Notes under the pieces: generated by a model
Database searches by the model: none
What the model was told of the DNA's origin: nothing
What the model saw: the letters and a program-made list of their open reading frames with translations, nothing else
Source: Pseudogymnoascus verrucosus
Taxonomy: Eukaryota
NCBI GenBank assembly: GCA_001662655.1
Contig: KV460238.1
DNA: 64,000 nucleotides
Direction: 5' to 3' (one strand)
Made by a program: the position numbers and the translations under genes
In this document: positions 47,876 to 59,077 of the stretch, piece after piece
Layout of the letters: each line of letters starts with the position of its first letter
Position numbering within the stretch: the stretch's first letter is position 1

Positions 47876-48476
47876 GGAGGATGGAAGGCGGGTTAAGAAG
47901 TGCTAGAGTATCACATTGAAAATGAGGAAATCCCTATAATGTTGTCTAGTCACCCCATTCTCTAGACGCTGGCGTGGCGGGGGGTTGCTTGCTGTGCTTG
48001 GGGGAGAGGTTAGTAGGATTGTTGTCTAAGATAAGACGAGGATTCTGAGGTGGTTCCTGAATAGAAGCTATTTTGTGATAATGTCCGTGGCCAAATCGCC
48101 GCCGTCCTGCGTGGTCTTCTGGCGTCCTAGCTAAATCTGGATCATAGACTCAAGAGAACTGGGCATCCCGTCCGCTCTGCCATACATAAGCTTGTAATCC
48201 ACTTGCTTTTTACTCTCAATCGTGCCAATAGGCATAGCGTGGAATCTGAGCCCCTTACCACCTTAAGGGGTGAAGCGAGGGTGAGTAGGGTGAGCAGGGT
48301 GAGCCGAGGGGTGAGAAGTGTTGGTGGGAGGACCGGAATACGGAGACGGTGCCTCCGGTGGCCGGAACTCTTCACTTTGGCGCAACAGAACAGAAGGCTT
48401 CAAACAGTAGAACAGATCAATTGAATTTCAACCTAATCTACGGCTATATGCTTAAGAATCTATCACAAGTCGTTTC

Positions 48477-50789
48477 TCATTTACAAAAGTCCAGGGCAGT
48501 AAGCGTTAGCGCCCTAGTAACTTTTCTAATAGAATCAACTGTTGCCCACTCTGTTGCTGCATGTGCACCGCCTCCATTAACGCCAAAGAGAAGGGCTGGA
48601 ATCTCTGCCTCAGCCAGTAAAGCGCAGTCGGTCCAAAATCTTTCTGGTCGTAGTGTAGCTGGCATTCCTAACGCATGTTCGATGTTCTGGAGAGCACCGG
48701 AGACGAAAGGTTCGTCTTTACTGATATGGAAGGGGTTTCGAGACATTCCTATGCGAGTCTCATACTTGAAATTCGGCATTGTTTTGGTGAGGCGATCCAA
48801 GATGCGGCGGATTTCAGCGACAACAATGTCTGGCGTCTCTCCCGGAACTGTACGTCGTTCGATTGAGATGGTGCAAACCGCTGGATACGATGTAAGCTCC
48901 TCCCCTCCCTGAATCAAAGACGCATGAATAGAGCCGGTCCCCAAAATCGGATGACCAGGTCCTTTCAAGATATCTTGACTATATTTGTCTAGCTCCACAA
49001 GAAAATGCCCAGCTTTGCAAATCGCATCGATGCCTAAGTCTGGCCTGGAACCGTGGGCAGATCTGCCTATGATATCGACGTACAGCCATGTGAACCCCTT
49101 GTGGGCGAGGGTGACATTGAGGTTCGTCGGTTCGCTCACGATAGCCCCGTCTGCTCTCCACCCTGCCTTAAGCACCTCTTCGGTACCAATGCTGACGTCC
49201 TCTTCGTCTGCAACGGCAGCAATCATCACGTCTCCGGAAAGTTGAGAGACCTTTGCCGTTGCCAAAGCTACAAGTGAAGCTGCTATTCCGGCCTTCATGT
49301 CGTATGCCCCCCGACCAAAGACTGACCCATCTCTAATATCTCCGCTTAAAGGATTGCCATCGTAACCAGCCGTCGTCACTGTATCGATATGGCCGGTTAA
49401 CAGGAGTGATTTACCTCCTCCGGTCCCTCTTGATACACCAACAACTGAGGGACGACCTGTGGTCTTCTCAAGCCAGTGCGTTTCGATGCCCCTGTGTTCA
49501 AGCCAAGCAGATATATAGGTTGCAATTTCCAGCTCCCCAGCGCCACCAGCTCTCGAGAGCCCAGGGTTGGTAGAATCGATCCGGATCAAAGCTTGTGTGA
49601 GCATGACTGGATCTTCGATAGACACGTCCATGGGTACGTCGTACTCTCGAGGTCCTTCGGTACATAGTACAACCACCACCGAGTCCTTATCCAACTTGAA
49701 TATATCAGAGTGGGAGCGAGATATATGTTTCAATGCCGCAAGTGGTGCAGCACCACATGGCCCAGCGGAGACCCCAACTTCCCGGAGGTTCCCAACAGCT
49801 TCGTGGGCTTCGGCATCAGAGACGGTGACACTTGCATCGACTCCATTTCTGAGCACCGGCCAAGCTGTCGTTGATAGTGTACCGCAGTTCATCCCGGCCA
49901 TGATGGTCTTCCGTGTAGGCACAGTAGTCAACTTATCCGCAGCCAGGCTCTTCCAGAGGCATGCCGCACTGTCTGGCTCTACAGCTAGGATCTGTGTAGC
50001 TCGGCCAGGAGTTTTGTAGTGGCTGACCACAGCATGCGCAAAAGACCCTACTCCAACGGGAGCAATTACAAGGTCAGGTGCTTTACCCATAAGCTGGACG
50101 TCGATCTCAGCCATCATGGTTGAGTAGCCTTCAACGACCCACTAGAGAAATGCATTGATTAACCATTTGAACCTGGACGGCGGAATAGGACTCACCTTTG
50201 GAATCTCCTCGTAGCCATCAAAAGCCGTGTCTTGAACCAAAATTGCCCCATATCGGTCCGCTTCCTGCCTCGCCATTCGAACTGCCTCGTCGTAGTCCCC
50301 ATCAACTAAAACAACTGTGGCCGCTTCTGATTCCAGCAGAGCTATTGTGGCTTTGTGCAGGCAACGTGGGACAAATATCTTAGAGGAGGTTTCAAGAATG
50401 CTTGCTACCCTTGCGACCGCTCGCCCATGATTTCCCTCAGTGGCAGCGGCCAGTGTTATTGAAGCAGCTTTTACACTCTTGCGGAGGGTTGCAAAGTCAG
50501 TATCGATAGGAAGCTTGGTCTTCCCGATAATTGCGCGAAAAGCTGCCCAAGATGCACCCAGGATCTTGAATGACGGCAAGCCACACCGGCTGCTTTCGTC
50601 TTTCACATACACTGCTTTGACACCAATCTCCGCTGCGAGTTTGTCCACAGCTACCAAGGGTGTAGGCTCGAACCCAGGCATTTTCTTATGGAAGTTGGCT
50701 ATAGCTTCGCTAGAGCCTGGCGACGCTGAAATCCATGTCTGCGCTAGAGGGTTCACGTACGGAACGCGTCTGGTTGAGCGAACGGCCAT
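48477..50789 (-). CDS. Fusion of a PLP-dependent diaminopropionate ammonia-lyase-family domain and an M20A amidohydrolase (ArgE/DapE-like), about 752 aa; exons 50789-50196, 50141-48477
   Basis: N half: TPLV, KDESSRCGLPSFKILG (PLP Lys), ATEGNHGRAVA, QDTAFDGY, PVGVGS, TIMAGMNCG. C half: GHIDTV, GRGAYDMKAG, DEE, SEPT, AHGSRP, GAHAATEW. There is no stop between the domains. Confidence 0.9.
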
Positions 50790-51100
50790 CTTGGATTTCT
50801 ACAAGACAATGACTTTTGTTGGGCGAGATACTTAGTTGGTTGCAAGATGAGAAAAATCACTTTGTGGTTGGTTGCCATCCTTTTATAGAAAGCCAGGCTT
50901 GGCCATACATTAGTATAACCAAACTTATTCGCAAAGCAATGACTGTATTCAAGTGCAGACAAGAATGTAGGGCTAGATTACCTATTAATATAGGTACAAG
51001 TACCGGCTGTGCATATGATCTGCCCTTGAACGGCGATACTAGCAAAAAGAGGTTTCGGCTATTGAGATAATCCCATGAAATTCCGTCTATCTTATCTCTT

Positions 51101-51232
51101 CGGCTATTTCTACGTCTATTTGTTCGTCTATTTGTTCGTCTATTTGTTCGTCTATTTGTTCGTCTATTTGTTCGTCTATTTGTTCGTCTATTTCTTCGTC
51201 TATTTCTTCGTCTATTTCTTCGTCTATTTCGT
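51101..51232 (+). repeat. 12-bp minisatellite CGTCTATTT(G/C)TT, about 11 copies
   Basis: Six CGTCTATTTGTT copies (51113-51184), three CGTCTATTTCTT copies (51185-51220) and two degenerate end copies. Confidence 0.97.
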
Positions 51233-51241
51233 TCGTGAATA

Positions 51242-53010
51242 ATGACGTCTAGACGTAGTGCCCCTCGTAGCAAGAACGGTTCGGCTCCCACTCCCCTGTT
51301 TCTATTTCAACGAAAGACTGACCGTTAGAGCAGGTTGTTGGACTTGCCGAGCACGTAAGGTCAAATGTGATGAGTGTCAACCTATATGTGCCAATTGTGA
51401 GGATCGTGCTCTTAATTGCGACTATGCACCACGCTTGAAACCCAAACGCCGCCAGCGCCAGCGTTCTGATATTGAGAGGAGCCCACTAGCGTCAAATGAC
51501 AGGGCCATACTTCGAGCTGGCCACGATTCCTCTGCTAGCGGGCCTATTATTAACAAGCCTTCGATCGAGTCATCTTCTGACCGATCACCTGTTTATAATT
51601 TAACCCACAACACTGCCGATCGCTTTTCTACTCACAGACTAAGTGTCGCATCTCCAGATGTCTCCAGAACAGTCCTCCCCTCCACAGCTGGCGATGAGAA
51701 TGAGTTGCCCCTCAATCTCACTTCTAACGACTGGCCAATACCCCTGACTTCAACGGATTGCCAAGCAATCCATCATTATATCAAAGACTTTGTCCCCCGT
51801 ATGGTGCTCAAGACACCACAATGGTCATCCTACTCTGCCCTCCTCCATCTGTGCACGAAGCACGCGCTCCTAGCACATCTTGTCGTGGCATTCTCGGTTC
51901 GGGATATGGCCCACGAAGACGACGCAGAGTTGGACATACTTGCCATCGAGCACTACCGGAAAGCCCTGGGGATGTTCATAGAACATCTGGGATCATCTAA
52001 TAGAGAGTTGTGGATAACGTTTCCTGCTTTATGGTTATTTATTCACTATGAGCAGCAGTACGGCGATAGCCCTCGAGCCCTACAGAGGCATCTCGAAGGT
52101 GTCAGAGACGTCGTTGATTCTCATGGCTATGCGCTGTTTCCCGGATCCATCGGGGGATCCACCACAATGAACGTGGCCGGGGAAGAAATGCCTCGTCAGA
52201 TCCTAGATCGACTTGCGCTTTGGACAATCTATCATGATGCTGCCGCTGCAACGTTTGGCTTTGGTGGAGGCCTTATACGGCTGCTGAAAGAGCAGTATCC
52301 TGGATCAATAGAACGGATACGGCCGAGTTCTAGCACGGCAATTAGGGATGCGTGGGGAAGTGGATATCCGCCGGAGGAAAACTTCTGGGATCTGCAAGTG
52401 ATCCCTTTGGAAAATCTTATGCACGAGAGTATTTTGCTGAGATACGAACTATCTCTTCTCAGGCAAGGTAACGAGAATGGGTTGGATGCCAAGGGTTTGA
52501 TCTCCATCGGGCGAAAGCTCAAACAGCTTGAGCAGGTAGGGAATCTAATATCAGGTGCTTGAGAGAGGTTAACGAATATCGTAGGAGTACTCGTCGCTTA
52601 TAGAAGCAGCCCTGTCGAGGAAAATTGAACGGACCACAATTCTATCCAACATGTGCGTAGCTGCAGCAACCTATCTTGCAGTGGTTATACAATACGAGAG
52701 ACTTGCTTTTGAAACATGTCCCTCAGCTGCTGTATCTAAGACGCTTCAGGCATGCGCAAGCCTTCACGAGTATGAAGGCGACGGCTATATGCGGAGGGTA
52801 GCATGGCCGATGTTTGCAGCTGGACTGGAAATAGACGATCCAATCCATCAATCCTGGCTTCTAGAGCGTTTCGATAATATAAAGGGCACGAATATGAGGC
52901 GTGCCGCCATTGTTTTGAAGGCGGTCTTTCTCGAGAAGAGGAAGATGAAAGGACCTGTGGACTATCTCTCTTGGATTAAGGCGGGGAAGTTTCAGGGATT
53001 TGTGATATAG
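51242..53010 (+). CDS. Zn(II)2Cys6 transcription factor with a fungal-specific (Fungal_trans_2-like) C-terminal domain, about 554 aa; exons 51242-51278, 51334-52535, 52585-53010
   Basis: Spliced N terminus MTSRRSAPRSKNGCWTCRARKVKCDECQPICANCEDRALNCDY, and C-terminal WPMFAAGLE. Both introns keep the frame. Confidence 0.9.
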
Positions 53011-53299
53011 AACATGTAAGATGGAGCTGTAATAGTAAAATCTGATAGCTTCCTAAACTCCTCTTGTGGCACAACCGAAATTTTTCACTACTTTCTGGGT
53101 TAACAGGTGATAGATAGACACCAAGCCTGCTTTGCCACTGTTGATTCGAAGATAGAACAGTTTATGCCGGCCCGTTGACATAAATTCCTTATTAGTATAC
53201 TCCATCCCTTGAGGTACCCGCGCCGAAAGTCTTGCTAAGTATTGGTTTCGACTAGTCAAGGTGAGTTAGTTGCCTAATCGGCTTCTGTAGAGAGAAGTC

Positions 53300-53603
53300 A
53301 CAGCTTCCATAAAGGCATAGGCATACGACCAGTTTGAGTCCGGCTCCAGCTTTCTAAGCGATGTGCTTTGGATTCTTCGGATCTATTCTCTCTGCTATCT
53401 TCAGATCTCGCTCACGCTGCTCAGTGCCGTCCTCCAACGCCTTGTAAACTCCGATTGAGAGAGCGGTTTCCTGGATTTGTTCTGCCCTGGCTTTCCTCAC
53501 CTCCTGATACGCAGCTAGGGCGCGAGGAATATCTTCGAGAGACTTCGCGCGAGCTAAACAATTTGCCAGAGCTCCTCCATCGCCCACATTAGTCGCGGTG
53601 CCC
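53300..53603 (-). pseudogene. C-terminal remnant of a FAD-dependent (salicylate hydroxylase-like) monooxygenase
   Basis: DGGALANCL...IPRALAAYQEVRKARAEQIQ...QRERD is followed by TAG where a Trp is plausible and then a frameshift before a WSYAY-like motif. The N-terminal FAD-binding part is missing and replaced by AT-rich sequence at 53605-53720. Confidence 0.72.
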
Positions 53604-53758
53604 TATTAATACAATCTTAGAGCATTTTTAGAAAAGTTTAATTTCACATACCAAAAAAAACACTCTTAAGCGATTCTAATTCAGGGTATCTTCATGCTCT
53701 CTATAAAATATTAAACATTATACCACAGCGCCAGCGCTACAACCCCCCCCCCCCCCCC

Positions 53759-53829
53759 NNNNNNNNNNNNNNNNNNNNNNNNNNNNNNNNNNNNNNNNNN
53801 NNNNNNNNNNNNNNNNNNNNNNNNNNNNN
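53759..53829. other. Assembly gap of 71 N next to a poly-C run
   Basis: Run of N. The true gap length is unknown. Confidence 0.99.
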
Positions 53830-54877
53830 CCCCACCGGCATCACCCCCAACCACCCCACCCACCTCGCATACAACGGCATCGCCAACACCTCACTCCCCC
53901 CCCCATCCACAACCCTCACAATCTCCTTCGCGACCTCCACCGGCTCCACGACCGGCGCCCAGAACCCGCTCGGCGTCTGCACTCCCGCGAACAAAGGCGT
54001 GCTCAGCTGTCCTGGCGTCACTAGCACAGTCTTGATATCAGGGTACTGCCTGAGTTCCGCGGTGAGAGAGGTGTGCAGGGCTGCCACGCCCGCTTTGGAG
54101 GCGGAGTAGTCGGTTAGCCGCGCGGCGCCGGTGACGCCCAGTACGCTGGAGATGGTGACGATGGTGCCGTGGCCACAGCGGATCATGCCGGGGAGGAAGG
54201 CTTTGAGGGTGTAGAAGTGGGCGAGGAGGTTGACGGAGATGCTGTGCTGGATGCGGTCTATGCTTGTGTCGAGGAGGGTGCCGCCGTTTACGACGCCGGC
54301 GTTGTTGATGAGGATTGTTGGGGTGCCGAGCTGGACTTGTTAGCTGGGCTCGTTGTGGGAGAGGGGAAGCTGGGAATTATTCGGAAGGAGTGTTTTGGGG
54401 GGGGGGAAAGCTTACCTCTCGCTCAATCTGCGCTGCTACCTTCGCGACCTGCGCTGCATCCCCGACATCACACTTATAAACCGTCACGCCCCTCGCCTCT
54501 CCAGACTCCAATTCCGCAACATCAAGCACCGCTACCGTCGCCCCGCGCATGCCATAAACCTCCGCGACCAGCAGCCCGAGCCCACTTGCGCCGCCGGTAA
54601 TCACAATGACCTCCTCGCCCAGATCGACGACGCGGGGCTTCGAGTACGCGATCTGCCGATTCAGGACGCCGAGGAAGAAGAAGAGGGTCAGCAGCGAGGC
54701 GTACAGGATGGCAGATTGCATGACGGGACTGGTCCAGGGATAGACTTGGGCGCGCAGGCAGAGGGGGATCATCCACGCGACGAAGGGGTGGAGGAAGGTT
54801 ACGTTGGCGACTTTGAGGAGGAGGTCGATGGAGAAGGGGGAGGCCCAGGAGTCGGAGGGGGGGCCGTGGCTCGCCAT
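53830..54877 (-). CDS. Membrane-anchored short-chain dehydrogenase/reductase (TDA5/17beta-HSD11-like); intron 54331-54415; 3' end lies in the gap
   Basis: N-terminal TM segments, TGGASGLG, CDV, ILINNAG and catalytic YSASK. Confidence 0.88.
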
Positions 54878-55790
54878 TGTTGGTGGTGGTTGTGGAAGGT
54901 GCGATGTGAATTGAGGGAGATTGAGAAGGAAGGAGCTGGTGGAAAGTTCCTCGGTGAATCGAGAGAGATTGAGAAGGTCGGTGGTGAAAGGGAGAGAAGA
55001 TTCCTACGTGCCTGCAGATTGGAATATTTCTAGAAGTGGGAAGAGAGCATTATAGAGGGAATTTATTCCGTGGAAAGATGGGATGAGAAGGCTGGCGGCG
55101 CTTGGTCGATGTTTCAAGGTGTTGTTTCTGAGACGTCGTTGGAGGGGCTCGTGCTTGGCTTGAGACCCGCGATTTTGCCAGGGGTCACCGCCTTAGCGTG
55201 GACGTCACTGGTGGTCCCTCTCCCCTGGTGGAGTTTTGAGGCGCGCGCCGCATCTAGATCCGAGAACAAAGGTTCGTGAGAAAGGAAGGAATTCAACGAA
55301 CAAAGAAGTCGACAAGTGGTTTGTATGTTTTCGTATTAGAGTTGTCGTATTTGATTTTTTGCTCCTGCATTAAGCGTCGATTGGCTTCCATATACGATGC
55401 TTGCAGTTGAGCTCCCAAGACCCGTCGGACGTCATTTCTTTGACCTGGGACCTTTCACAACTGAGTTCATGAAAGGAATTCATTATGGCTTAGAGGTATA
55501 GCATGCCTGCAAGCGCCCCCTGTGGCCGCGTTTGGCAATGCTTTGTGGCTCAATGGCGAGCTCAGCATCCATTGTCATTGAATATGGCGCCGACATCTTC
55601 TTTTTTAAACCTTTGGATCCCCCACAAGCCTTTTCATTCTGTTTGTTTCTTTTAAATCCTATATTGTGCCTATATTGTTATTTTCAATCCATTGGAGACC
55701 TAAGTTACTGTTATTCGAGACGGCTCTCGTCGATTCCAGAAATATTATATCCCGTAACGCTCAAAGAACGATTTCTTTGAAGTCGCAGCC

Positions 55791-56492
55791 ATGCCTCCAA
55801 AGGCAACGAAGAAGTTTAGTATCGTGTCTTGGTACGGTGGAAACCAGGTGACGTCGGATAATGTGTCGATCCAGAACGTACTAAACTACAAAGAAGACGA
55901 GCTAGAAAGTCGCCACGACTTCATTCAGCTCATTTTCCCTCTACCATGGGCCAGTCAGCATGCCAGGAGAGACGTGATGGCCACTAAAGCACAATTTAAT
56001 ATGATACGTGGAAGTGGAAATGTCGGCAGGAACGTTCGCGGAAATATGTTGACGGCCTTGCAACACATTCTGGCCATGTTTGATCTCGAGCTCACCCCCA
56101 CGAAGTTGTGTAAAGCTCATGGCACTGCTCTCCCTTGGGCCCGCCATCGTAATAAAGGACGACGCATCCGCAGGATCACGCCCGTTGAAAACGATGGGAA
56201 AGACCACGCTGCTCGCGAAGCTAGATTTCAAGCTCTGGCGAACCCTGGTAACCACCACCATCGTCGCATTACACGGATTATTCGATCACTACGGCTCGCT
56301 GGCCGGGTCGAGGACGCGGATTCGGTATATCGCTTCTTTCGGAGATTTGCGAGAGAGCACCCTACGATCCCACGGAGAACCTTGCAGATGTGGGGTGTGG
56401 CTGCAAATTCGGCGTACCTATATGTGGACCCGGCAGAAGAATATAAAACTGCTCCGGATGATATTAAGGACGGAGAACCAAGCGACAGAGAG

Positions 56493-56524
<32 letters not shown>

Positions 56525-58085
56525 GGAGGAGGAAGAAACCCCAATTGAAGGCGGAGGGGGTGGTGGTGTCGGAGGCGGAGGGGGTGGCGGGAGTAGCGGG
56601 GGTAGCGAGAGTGGTAGCACGTCCAGCAGCGAAAAAGCGCCTTCAGAACATGGCGGTGATGGTGGTGGATTCGGACCCGGAGGCGACACCCCTCCTCCTG
56701 TAGGCCCCGACGAAGGGCAACCACCAACGATTGGGGATCCCCGCATGAGCGATGAAGACGTTCAGAAGCTCACTCCCTCGGAAAGGGATCTTCACCACGC
56801 ACGTATCGAGCACAGGAAACAAAACATGGAAATCGAGATTAAGTTGGAGTATCGCAATGCCAATGGCGAATGGATAGCCGTGGATGAGGATTCCTTGACG
56901 ATGACCTTGATCGATTTGCGCATATGGCAGATCGTACTTAGGGATAAGGAAGAGGAGCGGCGAGGCGAGGATGCAGTAGAGCGTCGCATTAAAGAAGGAA
57001 GAGATCCATATGAATCGTCTTCAGACAGTAGTGAAGAAGACGAAGAAAATGATGGCAAAAACTTTCTCAGAGCCGATATCAAGAGGTTTGGGAAAAACGG
57101 CATGAGTGCTGAAGACCGTCAGAAGCTCGAACCCTGGGAACTTAAACTCCACCTCGCGCAAATCGAGCACCAGAGCGACTACCTGGAAATCGAGGTTAAG
57201 TTCAAGTTCCGCGATGGCGACGGCTTTTGGAAAGGCCGGGGACCGGAACCCATTACGATGAACTTGCGGGATCTGAAGGCGTGGCAGATCGAGATCGACA
57301 AGCTTGAAGCGCAGTGGCTGGATGAGGTCAATCGGGGAGACCGCAGACGGTCGGCATCTTTATCGACCACGTCAAGTCAAGAATCAGACTATGATGTCGG
57401 AGACCCCAGAATGAGCGAGAGATGCTATGCGCAGCTCGGAGCTGAGGATCAGGAAAGACACCACGCGCTTAGGGTATACATTGAGACATTCAGAGAGCTC
57501 GAGTACGTGCTGGGATTCCGCGACCGCACCACCTTCCAATGGATATCTGTGCATATGGACCCCGACGACTTGAATCTGGATGAGTTGGATCTGTGGAGCG
57601 CCGAGATGCAGCAGATGGGAGATGCATATGTGGCTAAGCAAGATGCCGACGAAGCCGCCGAAAAAGCCGCCGAAGAAGCCGCCGCCGCCGCCGCAAATCC
57701 ACCTGCTGTCCAGTCGCGGCAGAGAAGGAAACGAGTGCGCTCACCCGAGAGCATGGTGGACGAGGAATACATGGCGGATAGAGTTAGGAGGGGCTTGGAC
57801 CCGTTTGGCGACTCCCCTGAGGCCATAGTTTGGAAGGCTATGTATTTGCAGAGGGAAAAGGAGTGGGAAGAAAAGGAGGATAAGAGGTTGGAGAAGGAGA
57901 GGCTGGAGGAGGAGAGGCTGGAGAAGGAGAAGGAGAAGGATAATGGGAAGGAGACAGAGAGTGATGACCCTGGAGGACAGCTGAGGACGGAGGAGGCGGC
58001 GAGGGCTATGGGCGCGAAGAGTACGAGGCGCACGGCACCGGGGAAGTCTAATTCGAGCAGGTCCAAGAGGAGAAGGGTGGCGTGA
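55791..58085 (+). CDS. Protein with an N-terminal OGFr (opioid growth factor receptor)-like conserved domain, poly-Glu/Gly linkers and three internal repeats
   Basis: LESRHDFIQLIFPL and NHHHRRITRIIRSLRLAG match the OGFr-family HDYIQWLFP and NHN.LRITRI motifs. 764-aa open frame. Confidence 0.72.
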
Positions 58086-59077
58086 TGGAGTGGGTGCTTT
58101 TTTGTGAGAATTTTCTATTTTTATTATGAAGCACCTTTTTTTTTTGGAGGGGTTTGGTTTTTGCTACTACTGCTGATGTTGTTACCACTTTTGTGCCGGT
58201 TGTATTTTTCCAGGCTTCTGTAGTCGGACCTTTTCATTCCCTTGTCGCTGCCGCGTCTTCCATTCTCTTTATCTGACGCTTTTGGTTGTTGTCAGGAGTT
58301 GGGATTTCCTTTGGATGGGATTTGTGGATGTCAATAATCCATTGAGACGCGCGTGTTTGCGTTTGACGCCACCTTCGTTTTGGTCTTGCCAGATAGTCAG
58401 TTCACGCGCGGATAAATAGGACGTCTGTTTAGGAAGACAAGTTATAGATCTACCATATGTCTTTATATATCATCATTTTTTAAACCTCGTATATCCATCT
58501 CTGTGCATGCTATAATTCACCTCATAACCCTCGTCGTAAAACCTGTTGACAGCCAAAAAGGGGCGTCACGTGTTCCCCTTTGAGTCCGTCATGACATGAC
58601 GAGGAAATTCCACAAGCAATGGGTTCTTTATAAAGATCTCACTACAATGAAGTAGCTAGAATAGACCTCGGTTTGCCCTCCACTCATCTGTCCTAATTGA
58701 CACAGTGGTCGCGCTTAATTCAAATCATATCCTCAAGTCGTTGCGTTACTTCAGGTGGCTCAACCACCCAGCGCCCCGATTCTCACCCACAACCCTTTTG
58801 AGGTTGTGAATAATTGATTCACTACCCACGATGCTTCAATAACCTACCACAAGAAAGGTAGAAGACCAACGAACCTCTAAAAACAATCAACAGAACCCTT
58901 CGAACAACTCAGAAGAAACATATTTCCAAAGAAGGAAAGTACGAAAGACGCTCCTGCCTTTTCTATAAGAAAGTCCTTCGCTCTTTCTCTACTGTATGTG
59001 AGTTTCGCTCCTTTTAATCTTGAAACCTCACTGTGACGAGACTAACGCTCCTTCCTCAGACACATCACCACTTCACC

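Noticed and set aside
48268..48315. Five GGGTGA(G) units downstream of the DAPAL-M20 gene
   Set aside because: Short, irregularly spaced simple repeat. It is not TTAGGG and nothing supports a function.
50857..51291. 144-aa minus-strand ORF with RRTN/RRRN repeats
   Set aside because: It is simply the translation of the 12-bp minisatellite, overlaps the TF first exon antisense, and lacks an ATG start.
53737..53758. GGGGGL-stop as the SDR C terminus, as given by the ORF track
   Set aside because: The frame across a 71-N gap of uncertain length cannot be trusted, so the real SDR end is unknown.
44411..54877. Secondary-metabolite biosynthetic cluster (oxygenase, TF, monooxygenase, SDR)
   Set aside because: No PKS, NRPS, terpene synthase or RiPP precursor is in the window. 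The genes differ in composition and are separated by relic DNA, so a single biosynthetic cluster is unsupported.
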